The translations under genes were made by a program, and so were the position numbers. From Balamuthia mandrillaris (taxonomy: Eukaryota): a DNA stretch of 62,490 bases. Below the pieces are notes generated by a model. That model did not search any database. It was not told the origin of the DNA and saw nothing but the letters and a program-made list of their open reading frames with translations. The stretch covers positions 186,001 through 248,490 of the forward strand of contig JAVKOQ020000051.1 of NCBI GenBank assembly GCA_031835245.2, in the 5' to 3' direction. Below, piece by piece: positions 12,256 through 25,753 of this stretch. Every line of letters starts with the position of its first letter. The stretch's first letter is position 1.

Positions 12256-13863
12256 ATGGGAAGAGTCTGCAGCGTAACGCCGGTAGCTCATGTGCATGTG
12301 AGGGAGTTTGAAGGCTCGCCGGAAGCGTTGGAGAAGGTGGACCAAGAGTTTTGTGGGAGCATTCGAGATCGCGGCTTTGCTTGCGTTCAGCTGGGAGAGG
12401 ACCAGCTTCGGATCATCGAGGAGGCTTACGCTGTTGCTCGCGCGTTTTTCGGTGGGATGAGCAAGGAAGAGAAGGAGCGCTGCGCCATGACGGAAACGCG
12501 TGACATTGGATACGTTCATCTTCCCGATATCAAAGAGTTCTATCAGGTCTCTATTTATTTCTTTCGAGTTTTCTTTTTTTTTTCTTTATTTCTTTTTTCT
12601 TTTTTTCTTTTCTTTTTCTTTTTCTTTTTTTTTCATTTTTGCTTATCTTTTTCCTTCAACGACAACTTTAGATGCGTTACACCAAAGGGTTTGATAGTTG
12701 GCCTCAGCTAGAGCAACAACACACGCTCTCAAGGGATGCTTTCAAGAAACGCTCTCTGGCGTTTTGTAGCCTTATGAGGCAGGTCACTGAGCTTTGTTTG
12801 GCTTCTTTGGAACGTGGCGTCAACGCTGAGCCTAATGCTTTGCTGCGACTTTTGGATCCTTTGGAAAGGACTCAAGTAGAAGACGACGAAGCGGAAGAAG
12901 CAGAGGAGAAAGCAGGCAAGAAGTCTTTTGGGAGCTCCATCTTTCGTTACTTCCGGTATTTGAATGGTGCGAACACGAGCAACTCGGAGGAGGACCCGTG
13001 TAAAGTGCATTTGGATGTTGGTCTGTTCACCATTATTGTCTCTTCTGCTGTACATCAGGTTTCTCATTTCGTCCTGTTTGTTCCTTTCTTCTTTCCTCTG
13101 TCTTCTTTCCTCCTCTATCTGCTTTGCTCTTTGCTCTTTGCTCTTTCTTTTTCTTCTTTCCTCTTTCATCTTTCTTCCCTCTTTGCTTTCTTTCTCATAT
13201 TCTAGCAGTTGCAACTGTTAGATTTTTCATCGCTAGAGTGGATAGCAGCGGAGAAGTTATGCAACAGCGAGAAGCATGAGTTGATCGTGTTTGCAGGAGA
13301 GACTCTCGAATATGTTTCCAATGGATATTACAGAGCTCCAGCCCACCGCGTTGCTCGTTGGGATGGCAAGGAAACTGCGGACTATAAAGAGTACATGGCA
13401 CGATTGCATCACACTCCTTCCTCTTCTTCTTGTTCTTCTTCTTCTTCTTCTTCTTCTTCTTCTTCTTCTTCTTCTTCTTCTTCTTCTTCTTCTTCTTCTG
13501 CACACCACAAGAAAGAAAAGAGAATAGCAAACGAAGGGGAAGAACAATGGATCAAAGATAGATATTCGTTGGTCTGGTTATGTAGAGCACATCCAGATGC
13601 GCTACTCGATCCTCACAGCCTCAATCCCTCTTTCATCGAACCCATTTCCTCTGCGGTACCCTTTTTTCTCTTCTCTCCCCTCTCTCTTTTCTCTGGCTCA
13701 ACAAACCAAAAAACGAAAACAACAGCAAAAGGCAATAACATGCGCGGAGTTCATGCAGAAAAAGTATAGCACAAAACAATCGGCAAACGGGCTCAACACC
13801 TCCCAACTCGGCTACGCAGGTTATCCTTCCATCAACACCAACAACGCTTCCCACTCTCCTTAG
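12256..13863 (+). CDS. 2-oxoglutarate/Fe(II) oxygenase (IPNS/DIOX-like)
   Basis: RDRGFACV and AFFGGMSKEEK (DIOX N-terminus), HLDVGLFTI (HxD), GETLEYVSNGYYRAPAHRV (distal His) and RYS (2OG-binding RxS), over 4 exons. Confidence 0.85.
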
Positions 13864-14242
13864 CCAACTCTTGCTTTAAAAATTATTATATTAATTATTT
13901 TTATTTAACGAAACGGATGACGTAACATTTATACTAATATGGAAAATAACACGTCACTTATTGTTTTGGTCTGATTGTCGACAATTTATCGACAAATTTC
14001 GTATAATTTCCTTTTACGGAATTTTCAAGCGAAAAATTCTGAAAAAGACAAAAAAGAAAAGAAGTGAAAATAAAGGCAGAAGAAGAGGCACAAGGAGAAG
14101 AGGGAGAAGGGGGAGGCGCTTAGAGAAGAACAGAAACGAAAAAACACGCCCTGAATTTGTTTGTGCGTTTTGTTTATGAAGAGGTGATTTGTGCGAGCAA
14201 CACCAGGACAAACGAGTGCGAGGGGCGTTTTTTTAAGCAAAA

Positions 14243-14291
14243 ATGATTTCAGTTCTGCTATTGACCAAAACAGAATACATAGTTACGCTAC

Positions 14292-14338
<47 letters not shown>

Positions 14339-15068
14339 GCATCTCTCTCTCCTTCTCTCTTCCCTTCTCTCATCCCTTCTTCATTTTGCTCATCTTTTTT
14401 TTAAAAAAAACAGTACATAGGAGCAGCGGGAGGAGGAGGCCTGCTCTTGTTTCTGGCGCTCATCGCGCTCACCATCGTTGTTGTTGTGCGCTGCCTTCGA
14501 AAGAAGCGACGAAGGCAGAAGGGCTACAAATCCTTGGACGAGGAGCAGCGCTTCATCGCGGGTGGCGGCGGCAGCGGCCCTTTCCCGAGGATTGAGGAGA
14601 GCGTGGACCAGGGGTGGCGGCAGGCCAACAAGGGCTGGAGGATAGGAGGCAGCAGCGGCGCTGTGGTGGCCTCCAAGCGGAGAGGGGGCTCCTTTTGTGC
14701 GTTCGTCTCGCCCACCAGCAGCAAGAGCTCTGCTGGAGAGAGCGCCTCCATTCATGAGTATCTGGAGGCGAAGATCAAGGTGCCGCCCACTGAACACCAG
14801 AAGAGAGCCGTGTTTGAAGGTTTTCTTATTCTTTTTCTCTCTTTTTCTCTCTTTTTGTTTTTTCTTTTCTCAACATTACACCCCAACACACAAAACAGAT
14901 GTGGCGGCAATGAATGCCCGTTATTACTTGAGGGGATCGCAGCTTCGTCTTGTCTCACAACTATCTCGGATTGGGAGTCGCATGTACAAGGCAAGCTTCA
15001 TGGTGAAGCATCCCTATCGCGGAAATGTCCTTATGACATTAGTATGTTTTTGTTTTCTCTTTTCTTAG

Positions 15069-15118
<50 letters not shown>

Positions 15119-16821
15119 CAGAGTGAGTTTCGAGCGGAATACTGATTCCCTTTTGAATGAATTAGACACCAAAGGGAAAGTTGTGTGGCGTTCCCATCAA
15201 CTCGGACAGCGGTAAATCTACATTCTGTAACGTACTGATGTCTCTCAAGGTATTATTTTTTGTTTTGTTTTGTTTTGTTTGTTTTTCCTCTTTTAAAAGA
15301 TTGTATTCCATTGTGTAGCATCCATACATATATCCAACTTATGAAGTGGACTACATTCAAGATCGAGAGCTTTGTGTCGTCTTTCGCCCTTTTCAGCCAA
15401 AAGGTAGTCTTAAGGACTATCTTTACAAGGTACCTGTTCCTCCTCAGCTTTACCGCCACTTTAGTGTAGTTAACGTTCAATGCTCTTATTTTTTTGTACT
15501 TGTTTTACTTGGCCAAAATAGAGCAATCCAAAGAACACTTGGGATAAAAAATACAGACACCCTGGACGCCGGTTACGACTGCGAACCATCGCTATTTTTG
15601 GCAGACAGATCTTAGAGGTATCGCGTTATGCTGCTCTTACGTCTCGTTTCTCTTTTTCTTTTTATTTGTTTTTTTTTGTTGTTATCCTTTCTGTTTGATC
15701 CTTTTTTTTTTTTTGTTCTGATTCTTGTAATATTTTATATGTTTAACAAAACAAAAAGGGATTACTCTTTCTGCGATCAAAAGGATTCCCCTACGGGCAC
15801 CTTCACAGCGGGAACGTCATCCTCGAGAACAACACGTGTCGCATTACCGACTATGAAAATGCTCTCCTTAACCTTACTCCAAGGCTACAGGCCTTCCACA
15901 TTCACTTGGCCATGCGACAACACAATAAGCAAAGGGATGCTGACCTGGTTGCTTTTGGTTTGCTGCTGTTTGAGATGGCAATGGGCTATGAGTTGACGCA
16001 AATCGATCCGCTTGTTGTTCCCTCTGAGTGCCCTGATTCTTTGGCATCTGTAAGTCATGATTCTTTTGTTCTGTCTTCTTCGCTTATAGTTTCAAAAAAA
16101 AATCAGGTTTTGCGGTGCATATTTGAGGAGCACCCAACCATCAAAGTAACGACATTGGACGACGTTCTAATGTTGCCACTCTTTGCTGATGTACTATTAA
16201 AGCCACACGCGAAATTGAAAAAGGTGCTACTTTCTATTTTTCTTGCTTCTTTCTCTTTACTCATTGTTATCAAATAAACAGACAAGGATAGAGGCAAAAG
16301 GAATAGAGATGCTCAAAGCTGCAAGCAAGTTCTCCATCGTGGGGAGAACAGAGGAATTCACCGACTCCTCTCCTACTCTCCTCCACAGAGACAGCGGAAG
16401 CGAGCGAAGGTCTAGACGAAGAAGAAGGAGAGACAGATTGTCCACTTCCGTCTACAGCACTTCCGTTCCCATCTCCACTCCTTCACGACGTCTCACCTCT
16501 GCCGCTTCTTCAACTTATCACAACAATATGTCTTCTTCTTATGTTCCTCCTCCCTCAACCGCTTCCTTTCCGCCTTCTTCTGACTCGTTTTCGGCCAGTC
16601 CCGCGATGGCTTCGTCTGCTCCTGCTCATACCTTCTTAGCATCATCCTCCACAATTCCTTTTGCTTCCGCTTCTCCTCCCCAGCCGTTTCCTTCCTCATC
16701 CTCTTCTTCCTCCCGCTCTGGTTTGCTCTCTTCCATTTCGGCCTTTGACAAAGCCGACCTTCGCAAACCGGAAGTTGTCAATGATCCTTCTGCTGCTCAA
16801 GTCTCCTCATCTTCTTCCTAA
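14243..16821 (+). CDS. PXK/Slob-like (pseudo)kinase with N-terminal transmembrane helix and C-terminal WH2 motif
   Basis: RIGSR, FRPFQPKGSLKDYLYK, FGRQILE, PYGHLHSGNVIL and RITDYEN match Slob/PXK kinases. C-terminal SRSGLLSSISAFDKADLRK is WH2-like. Start codon approximate. Confidence 0.75.
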
Positions 16822-16865
16822 CATTAAACATGCAATACTTCCTATTTTTTGCTCTTGCAAGAAGG

Positions 16866-16904
<39 letters not shown>

Positions 16905-16956
16905 GTGGCTCTAGAAAGATTATATTTGTTTAATTTTACTTGAGTAAAGAGGGAAC

Positions 16957-19519
16957 TCAAAAGCCTCTGTCCACTTTGTTGCTAGGCAGATTATTACCAT
17001 ACCTTCTACCACCACCTCCTCCTCCTCCCCTAAACGCTCCTCCTCTTCCACCACCACCTCCTCCCCATCTGCCTCCTCCGCCACCCCCTCCGCCACCTCC
17101 CCATCTTCCACCACCACCACCTCCTCCCCATCGTCCTCCGCCGCCTCCACCTCTTCTATCGTTCTGAGGTCGTTCTTTGAGAGGAGGCAACTCGGATGCT
17201 CGCGAGAAGACTACTTCCCAAGCGTCCATCTCCACCAATCGTTCAGCAAGCACTTCGGGTACATCGGCGATGGCACAGCCCTCCTCCTCGCAGAGACGAA
17301 TATCTTTTACCTTAGAGCCCTCTTCTTCGGTGGTGTACTTTTTGATAAGGTTTACAATGAAGACTGGAGAGTAGATCGGACGTTGTTGCTTCATCCGGAT
17401 CATCAGCGTAACGTGACCTTCCATCGAAGACAAAAGAGAACGACCCTTTAATTTTGCAAGAAAGAAAAAACGATGTCAGCAAAATAAAGAAAACAAATAT
17501 AAAACGAAGAATACAGAAAGATAGTGGAGAGAGAGAGAGAGAGAGAGAAAGAGAAAAAGAGAAAGAACGAAAGAAACCTTAATTGGTTGAGTGTAGCCGG
17601 TAATTGTAGCCATGGCAGCTGCCAAAGCCTCCGCAGCTCCTTTCTTGGCGATGAGCTCCTTCGCTTTCTCTAAGAAGAGAGGAATCATGGTGTGATGAAC
17701 TGCGTCCAATTTCTCTCCGACGCTGTCCGCAGTAGCTTTGACGAGATCTTCTGGTTGTGGCGTGCCGATACGCTCAAACTTCGTGCCAATGGCCCGCTCA
17801 AGGCGTGACAGCATAAATATGCTTCTATTCGCAAAGAATGTAATGCAGCTTCCCGACCTTCCAGCACGACCAGTTCTGCCGCTACGATGGATATAGGTCT
17901 CAATATCACGAGGAGGCTCGCACTGAATGATAAGATCTACGTTGGGAATGTCGAGTCCACGCGCCGCCACGTCCGTCGCTACCAAACAATTGAACTGTCC
18001 ATCCCTGAAGCTCTGCAGGGTCAGCTCTCTTTGAGCCTGCGCAATGTCTCCATGCAGCACCTGACAGGCGTTCCTCAGCGAAGATTGAAGGGCCAGCTCA
18101 TTGGCCTCTGCTTTGGTGTTTGCAAAGACGATAGTTCTGCCATTGCCTCCATAGACCTTGACAACATCAGCCAGTGTGGCCTGACGCACGGAGGGCGGGC
18201 AACAAATGGCCATGTGCCTCACTTGCGCTGGCGTCGTGTGCCTCGACTCACCCACCAAGTCTACTGTCACACAGACTCCATCCTTAGAGGAAGAGGAACG
18301 CATGTGCTTGCGAGCGATGCTTTGAACCCAGGAAGGAATGGTGGCCGAGAAGAGAAGAGTTTGACGGCGCTCGGGAGGAGGAGCGCTAGAAAGGATCTGT
18401 TCCACGTCTTTCTCAAAACCGATATTGAGCATCTCATCAGCCTCGTCCAGAATGACGTACTCGATGTTTTCCAAGCGGAGAGTGCCACGTTCAATGTGAT
18501 CCTTGACACGCCCGGGGGTGCCTACTACTATGTCCACGCCCATGCGAAGAGCGTTCTCTTGTGGTGCGTAGGGAGCTCCTCCATAGATGCACACCGTTGT
18601 TAAATATCGCCCTATTGTTGAGTCATTGTTAAAACCTGCTCGCATTATTTGCAAAAAAAAAAAACACACACACACACACACAAAGGAGATAAAGAAACAA
18701 AAAGTTACACGAACCAATAGCATCAAACTCTTTGGCAATCTGTTTGGCCAGCTCACGCGTCGGCGAAAGACAAATAACACGAGGAGCTCTTCCTCGTTTC
18801 GGCTGATAGCCGCTCAAACTTTCGCCTCCCGTCTCGCTCTTCATGTGGTTCTGCAGCCTCTCCACCACCGGCAAGGCGAACGAGAGCGTCTTGCCGCTGC
18901 CCGTCTTGGCCCTGCCGATAAGGTCCTTGCCGTCAAAGATGTGGTCGTAGGTTTGGGCCTGAATGGGGAAGAGGACGTTGAAGCCGCGGCTGCGAAGCAC
19001 CTCCACGGTCTCAGGAGAAACCCTAAAGTTGGAGATGGGAGGGCCGTCAATGTTGGTCGCGGGAGGGATCGACTCCTGCTCCTCCTCGTCCCGTTCGGGT
19101 TCCTCTTCCTCCTCATCCTCGTCGACCTCGGCGTGTTCGAGGGCCAAAAGTTTTCTCTTGTGGTTGAGCGTTTCAATGTCCTCTTCCTCCTCCTCCTCCT
19201 CTCTGTCGCTCTTTTTGGATTTCTTGTCTGTCTTCTCCTTTTTCTTGTCGTCTTTGTTCTTCTTCTTTTTCTTGTCCGAGTGAAGGCCGTTTCCGTTGGA
19301 GGCGGAAGAGGTGATTATATTGATGACCATCGAGTCATCGGCCTCTCCGTTTGCCGTTGAGGTTTTGGGCTTCTTGCTTTGCTTCTTTTCTTTTTTGTCG
19401 GACTTTTTCTTCTTTTTCTTGGAGGGTTCTTCGGCTCCGTTGGCTCGTTTGGTGGCGGAGTTTTTCTCCTCTTTGTCTTCCCACCCGTTCAGTTCTTCGG
19501 CGCTCCTTTTCTTTGCCAT
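16957..19519 (-). CDS. DDX21: Nucleolar DEAD-box RNA helicase DDX21/DDX50 with GUCT domain and Gly/Arg-rich tail
   Basis: [47 protein letters not shown] and [10 protein letters not shown] motifs, a GUCT-like C-terminal exon and an RGG/RWGG tail. Confidence 0.92.
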
Positions 19520-20142
19520 CTCCTTTGTCTTTGTTTTTTTTTTCTTTTGTGGGTGGACCACTACTGATTTGATTTGAAACGGAAATAAATAAAATAAAAC
19601 AGAGAATAGCTCTGTTGTTTGGTGTTTAAATAAATAAATAAATAGAACCGGGAAGGAAGGAAAGAAGGAAGAAGAGTAAAAAGTGTGTTGCCAAAAAAGA
19701 AAAAGAAGAACAGCGGGGGGAGTTGGTGGCTCTAAAGGGGGTCGCGTGCGCTAAAGCCCTTTTCTTTTTATTTTCTTTTTCCTTCTTTCTTCTTCTTTTC
19801 CGCATTCCGAAAGTGCTCTGGGGGACCCCTCGGCAAATCTTTCCTGCCGACAATCCGAATACTCGACCAACCTATTACATCTCCAATGTTGAATGCCACC
19901 GATGCCGACATATGAGCCACATGCTAACAAATCCACCTAATAGTAGCGTTGAAACCGAAAGAAATTCCACTTGAAATTGGTGCACAGAAGGAAGAACGAT
20001 GGCGGAGCAGTGGCAGGGTTGTAGCGGCCGTTTTTTTCCAAAGAAACCTCCTCCAAAAGCGTAGTGGGGGGAGGGCGGAGGCGTTTCTTTTGCTGCTGCC
20101 ACACAAACCACCTAAACATACACACTAGCCTCCAAAAGAGAG

Positions 20143-20875
20143 ATGGACACCACCGCTAGAGCTCGGGGAGGGGAGCCCGTGAGACCGCCCGCGGGCAAGC
20201 CTGCAGGCCTCTTCAACTTCAAGAACGTGACGGTGCTTTCCTCGATTGGCTTCTTTGGCGTTGGCGTTGGCACCATTGGCCTTGCCTACTACTACTCCAC
20301 CCTGCGAGAGGACATGCTACGTGTACGTTGTTTTGAGCTCTTGTTGTTTTCCTGTTTTTCCAACTGTTGTTGTTGGGCCAACTATGCTTACGCTCTACCT
20401 ACGCGCTTCACAGAGGGACGCTCCCATTTATCAGCTTTTCAAAACGTTGCAGCGAGAATTTGGCTATGGCACCTTCCCTCTCCTTACCTCTGCCATCCTG
20501 TGTGGAGCTTCCACCATGGACGTGCCTGAAGCCCAGTCCTACACTTCCAGAGCCATTGTTGGAGGTTAGTGTCCTTATGCTCTCGTTTTCTCTGCTCTAT
20601 CTTGCCCTCTTTAATGCTCTCTCTCTCTCTCTCTCTCTCCTCTTCTCTTCTCTTTCTTGCTCTGCCCTTCTACTCCTTGCTATCAAACAACAAACAACGA
20701 AAATGTACCAGCAAGCATTGCTGGAGCAGCAATCTATGCGTTGCGCAGCTTGGCCAGCTACGGAGGCCGAGACGACCTCGGCAGGACGAGCTCCTCTGGT
20801 TTGGCGGGCATCATGTTGGCCTTTTTGGGCTTTGGCGGCTGCTTCGCCTACCTAGAACTAAAGAGAATCATGTAA
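20143..20875 (+). CDS. Small hypothetical membrane protein (about 3 exons)
   Basis: Hydrophobic Gly-rich segments in exons ~20143-20321, ~20414-20564 and ~20712-20875 separated by GT-AG introns with CT tracts. Confidence 0.5.
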
Positions 20876-21141
20876 GTGGAGCGGAAAGGTGCTCCAGCTC
20901 TTTCGTTCTTGCACGTAACCTCAAACACAATAACATACTCTTTGAACCCTTTCGTTCCCTCCCACCTCTCTCTTAACGAAACAAAGGCAGCCAGCAGTGC
21001 AATGTGTTTGTTTGGTGGCGAAAAGAATGCAGAAAGCGGTTCAAATGTTTTTGAGTTTTATTTTATAGTATTACAAATTTTTCTTTGCGGCAAAGAGAAA
21101 TGGGGGAAGTGCTATGGTGATTCGCTGTATACACGCTAATC

Positions 21142-21554
21142 CTACATCATGGTAATGATGATGAGGCAGCGAAGAATGTGCTGTAGCACGCACCGACTGC
21201 CATGGGTGAGGATAGAGGCGCGTGAAGGAGGCATATCGGGGATAGGAACAAAAGTACTCAGATATCCGCTTTTCCTGATAGGCTTATAGGGGTAGAAGTG
21301 TTGGGAAGGATGCCGTGAAACAGGGGTTATGTGCACGCTATTTCCTGGACTTGCCTTCTCTCGGAGAGCAGCTCGGCGAGAGGGGGAGAGACGAAGGCCC
21401 GTTGGTGCGGGGAGTATTCGAACGATTGCTGCTCATCGGTCTCTATCAAGTCAAAAGCGGAGGCCCTCTTCTTCTTCTTCTTTTTGAAGGGGAGGCAGTT
21501 CATCGAGGGCATCGTCAAGAGTCCGACCACCAGCTCCGCAAAGGTGTTTGTCAT
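21142..21554 (-). CDS. Possible small hypothetical protein
   Basis: Two abutting ORFs in different frames (21554-21327 and 21336-21142) with coding-like composition. Structure unresolved. Confidence 0.25.
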
Positions 21555-21969
21555 CTTGTTGTTGTTGTTGTTTCGAAGTTTTGTTGCTTTGGCGCAGTAA
21601 GCTTGTGCGTGGGGTTTTATTGGGACACCGGGGAGAGTCTTCTTAGAAATTTAGTGGCAAAACGAAGCGCCAATAGGGGTTTTAGAAAAAGCACCGCTCT
21701 GGTTAATTGCTGCGCTTTTAAACCCCGTCGCCGTTTTTTAATGTTCCGATATTGCGCGAAAATCTCCCATTGGCCTGTTTTTCGCCACGTAATCCGATCG
21801 CAGATCCACGTGAGGTGACGCGGGTGAAACAACTCGTGCAACAAAAGATAGGACGCCGGCTTATCCGAAACAAGCAACCAGAGGATGCTTGCCACTTGTC
21901 CTCTGGGTATCGTCAGCTTTCCGGGCTAAAGTGAAAAAGAGTAGAACGTTTGTTTTTGTACTGATTCGG

Positions 21970-23227
21970 TCAGTGACCTCCTCCACCACGCCACCGTTGG
22001 TTTCGACCTCTTCCGCCACCTCCACTCCCGCCACCCCCTCGTCCTCTTCCTCTGTAAGGCGGTCTTCCTGTTGACGCGCTGCTGTGGTTGTTCTGTTGAT
22101 AGGCTTGCCAAAGGTTGGGCAAACCCAACATTTGCAGAACCTCTTCTGTTTGAGGGCTTACGTGAAACGTGTTTTGGGGAACAGAGTGGATGGCTGCTGC
22201 CTGTGTCGTTGCTGCTTTGACGGAACGATGAGGCTCCACCGTCATCTCAAAGTTGGTTGGGATCTTATAGCTTCCTTTTTCTTCCATTATCTTTTTGGTT
22301 GCCACCAGCTCCTTCTCTAAGTTAGGCAATAGCTGCTTTCTGCAGAAAACGACAACAGACAGAGAATGAGAAAGGGGATGAAAATGATAAACAAGCAGAA
22401 AGAAATAAAGGTAAAGAAACAAAGGTACATTTTGGGAAGAGCAAAAGGTGTTGCAGAGAAGCTAAAGTAGGGATGCATGGTGCGAAGAATGGCCAACCAC
22501 TCCAAATCGTACGAAAGCTCTTTGGATCCTCCTGTCTTGTCTGGAAAGTCTATCACCTTTTTTTCTCATGGTCAGAAAGAGGTGCTGTTCAAACAAGTAA
22601 CAAACAGAACTAAGCGAGAGAGAACAAACATGCAAGAAATGTCGTTTTGGCAACGGCTTGTCCAAAGCAAGAAACCGAGTGAACGACGCTCCTCCCTCCA
22701 CACTACCATCCAAGTTATGGGGCACTTGCGCCTCAAAATAACTGTGCATATGGCCAGAGAGCCACCAGGTGGGCTTCAGCATGTGCATTAGTTGCGTATA
22801 GTGCCTACACCCCAATTGACCCTGTTTAATCTCCTGCGCAAAGAAAGGTTTGTCCCGGAGCAACTTCTCTTCGTCACCATGCACCGTCATTCCATCAGGC
22901 CAGTCGTGCGACATGATGATATCCAACGGTTGTCGCAACAGCCTCAGCTTTTGCAGCTCATAGTTGCGCACGTGGAAGGCGCTGCGTTTGCTGCCTTCGT
23001 CGCGATAGGGCGGCACCTCGTAGTGACCCTTTTCAAAGTCGTAGTGCTTAAAGATGCCAGAGAAGCCGCCAATGCGGAGGTCTCCGAAGTTGACCACACC
23101 GCTGTACCCTAGGAAATATATGTTGGGAGCTGCCCATCCTCCATAGTAGCTGTTGTTGTTTGTTGTCAGAAAACAAAGCAGCCAACGAAAAGGCAAAATA
23201 GAGACGAGAGTGGGGAGAAGCTAGAAG

Positions 23228-23267
<40 letters not shown>

Positions 23268-23844
23268 CAGAGGGAGTTACAGTTCAAGCAGGTGGTTGCA
23301 GGCTTCATGATTACCGCCAACAAAAATGATGGGTATAGGAGCAACAGCCTCGCCATTGTAATACTTGTAAAAGTCTTTGAAGTAATGGTATTTGCTCGGT
23401 CCCGATAAACAACTCAAGTCATACTCGTTACGACAAGCCTAAACAAATAAATGAAGGAAGAAAAAGGTTACACTCAAAAGAGGAAGAAATACCACAACGT
23501 GAACTACGAAATACAAACAGGAAATCATGGAAAAAAAGGTATTGCAAGAAAGATGCTTACCTCAAAGTCACCGCAACAGAGCACGAGCTCCACTTTTATG
23601 CCTCTCGCTTGCTCGATGCCGGCAATTCTCTCGAAAATGGTGTCCAGCTCTCCATGCGTGCAGCCTACCACGGCCACCTGTTTCGTTGTTATTCAAAACC
23701 ACAGGATATCCTCCCTCCGTCAATGGAGTCGTTCACATCTACAAGAATAAACAGCAGCATTACCTTTAAACCCGTCTTTGGTGCATTGCTGGCAGTGGAC
23801 CCTTCTCCCATGGGTGATGCCTTAGCCGTTGTAGGGGCCTCCAT
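21970..23844 (-). CDS. DBR1: RNA lariat debranching enzyme
   Basis: VAVVGCTHGELD, CCGDFE, GGNHEA, YYGGWAAPNIYFLG, RIGGFSGI, SHDWP, WLSGHMH, TRFLALDKPLP and LSYDLEWLAI motifs. Confidence 0.95.
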
Positions 23845-24037
23845 TTTTGTGTTGTCGTAAAATGTCCGTTCGCTTTGTTGTTCGGCTGGTCTTGGTCTCT
23901 TTCCTTCTTTTTTTTTTTTCTTCTTCTTCTTCCTTCTTTTCTGTGAACGTACATGCCACATCAGCATTCTCTTTAAAAGGATTTTGCTGACACCAATAAC
24001 GTTTGGTGCTGTCTCTCTGTCAACCAAAGCATTCCTG

Positions 24038-25367
24038 TTAGAGGTTCGCTTTAGTTTTGGCCATGAACGTGATGGGTCGCCCGCTGTCCCGCTCGATCAC
24101 AGCCTGCTTGAAGCCAACTTGCTCGGCGCGTTCCTTGAAGCCAACTCCCTCTGGGCTATGTCGGGCTATTCCATCCATCAAGGTGGCCATTGTTTGGGTT
24201 GTTCTCATTCCCATATTTTCGTATGCTTGTTTTGTTGTGGAGAACAGGCAATGGCGGAATGGAAAGAGAAGATAAAGAGATAAGCAAGAGAACAAGAGAA
24301 ACAACGGAACGAGAGACAAGAGATAGAGAGAGCGAGAAAGGAGACAAAAAGTGAAGATGAGAAGGGTACCGCTGTTAATGACGAGTTTCTGCATGATCAG
24401 TTGGTTCTTGGGCACAGAACTGATGCGTTGGGCAAGCTTCTCCACGGTGGCATCTAGCTCTGAGGCTGGAACAGCAGCGCTCACAAGGCCCATCTTTTCA
24501 GCCTCTTTGCCATTGATGAGATCGCCGGTGAGCAACATACGTTTAGCTTTCTCTGCGCCGACACGATACACCCACATGAACGTCGTGGGACAACCCCATA
24601 CTCTTTGTTCAGCCAGAAGAAAAGATAATCAAGAATAAAAGGGATACAGGTCAGATCATCGCAATCCAGAAGGTAAACCAAAGAAAAAGAAAACAAACCT
24701 TGCAGGAGGATATCCTATCTTTGCATCCTCAGCCATCACAACGAGGTCCTGTAACACAACAGATAAGCACACAACGAACAACAACGAAAATATAGGTACG
24801 TACACAACACAGAGCGATGTCGCTGCCGCCAGCGACCGCATAGCCCTGTATCTTGCAGATGACTGGCTTGTAGGAGCGCCACAACGAAAGGAAGGACTGC
24901 GTGAACTGGTCCATCATCTGGTAGTCCACTATGGGATCCCATGGCATGGTCTATTTTTTGCATCCTTAACACACACAAAAGCAAAATGACAACACAACCA
25001 AGCGAAAAAAAAATCAACCTGCTGGACGGCGTCATATTCGCCTTTTCCCTCAGCAAAGATGCGAAGATCGTAGCCGCTACAAAACGCACGACCAGCTCCG
25101 CTCAACACAATGACATGCACCCTGTCATCTGTGCTTCGGACAAGCCAAAGGTAGGCATGAATCAGTCAATCATGCTTTGAAAAACGTTGGTGGTAATGGT
25201 CGCTGGCATCATCTCTTTCAAAAAGAGTGGGTACCTCGGTTAGCCTGTGCGACACTCTCTTGAAGTTGGATTCTCAAGTCGTTGTTGATGGCGTTCAATC
25301 GTTCCGGCCGGTTGAGCGTGATGTGGGCCACCCGCCCTTTCACCTCGTACAAAACCGCTTTCTTCAT
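24038..25367 (-). CDS. Enoyl-CoA hydratase/crotonase-family protein
   Basis: ITLNRPERLNAI, SGAGRAFCSGYDL, KPVICKIQGYAVAGGSDIAL and GYPPARVWGCPTT motifs; ends in -ANL. Confidence 0.9.
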
Positions 25368-25753
25368 CGCTCTACCGAGTTCCGTTCCGATAAGGGCAGA
25401 TCGCCACGTCAGCCCTTCGAAGAGATCAATCATGACATCATCACAAGCGAGCGTCGACAATGTCCGCAAAATTAAAGCACGACACGAGACAATTCTGAGG
25501 GGGCTGAAAAAGTCGTGTCAGATCTTTGCGCCGCCTTAGCCACTTCACCGCTTGTTGGCAATTGTCGACACGAAAGGGAAAAGTCGTTTTGGGCCGATAA
25601 GACGAGAAACGGAGGAAGAAAGGAACCAAAAAAAAGCCCCTCGTCTGCTTCGCACAAACCATTTTTTTTCAAACAGTTAAAAAAAAGTGGTAGCGCGCTA
25701 AACAGGAAGAACACTTGGAAAAAAGGCACACAAAAAACAAAAACAAACAAAAG

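Noticed and set aside
16940..17167. Poly-proline ORF resembling a formin FH1 domain
   Set aside because: Reverse complement of the Gly-rich DDX21 tail.
17887..19360. Long + strand ORFs (238 and 257 aa)
   Set aside because: Antisense shadows of DDX21 exons with no motifs of their own.
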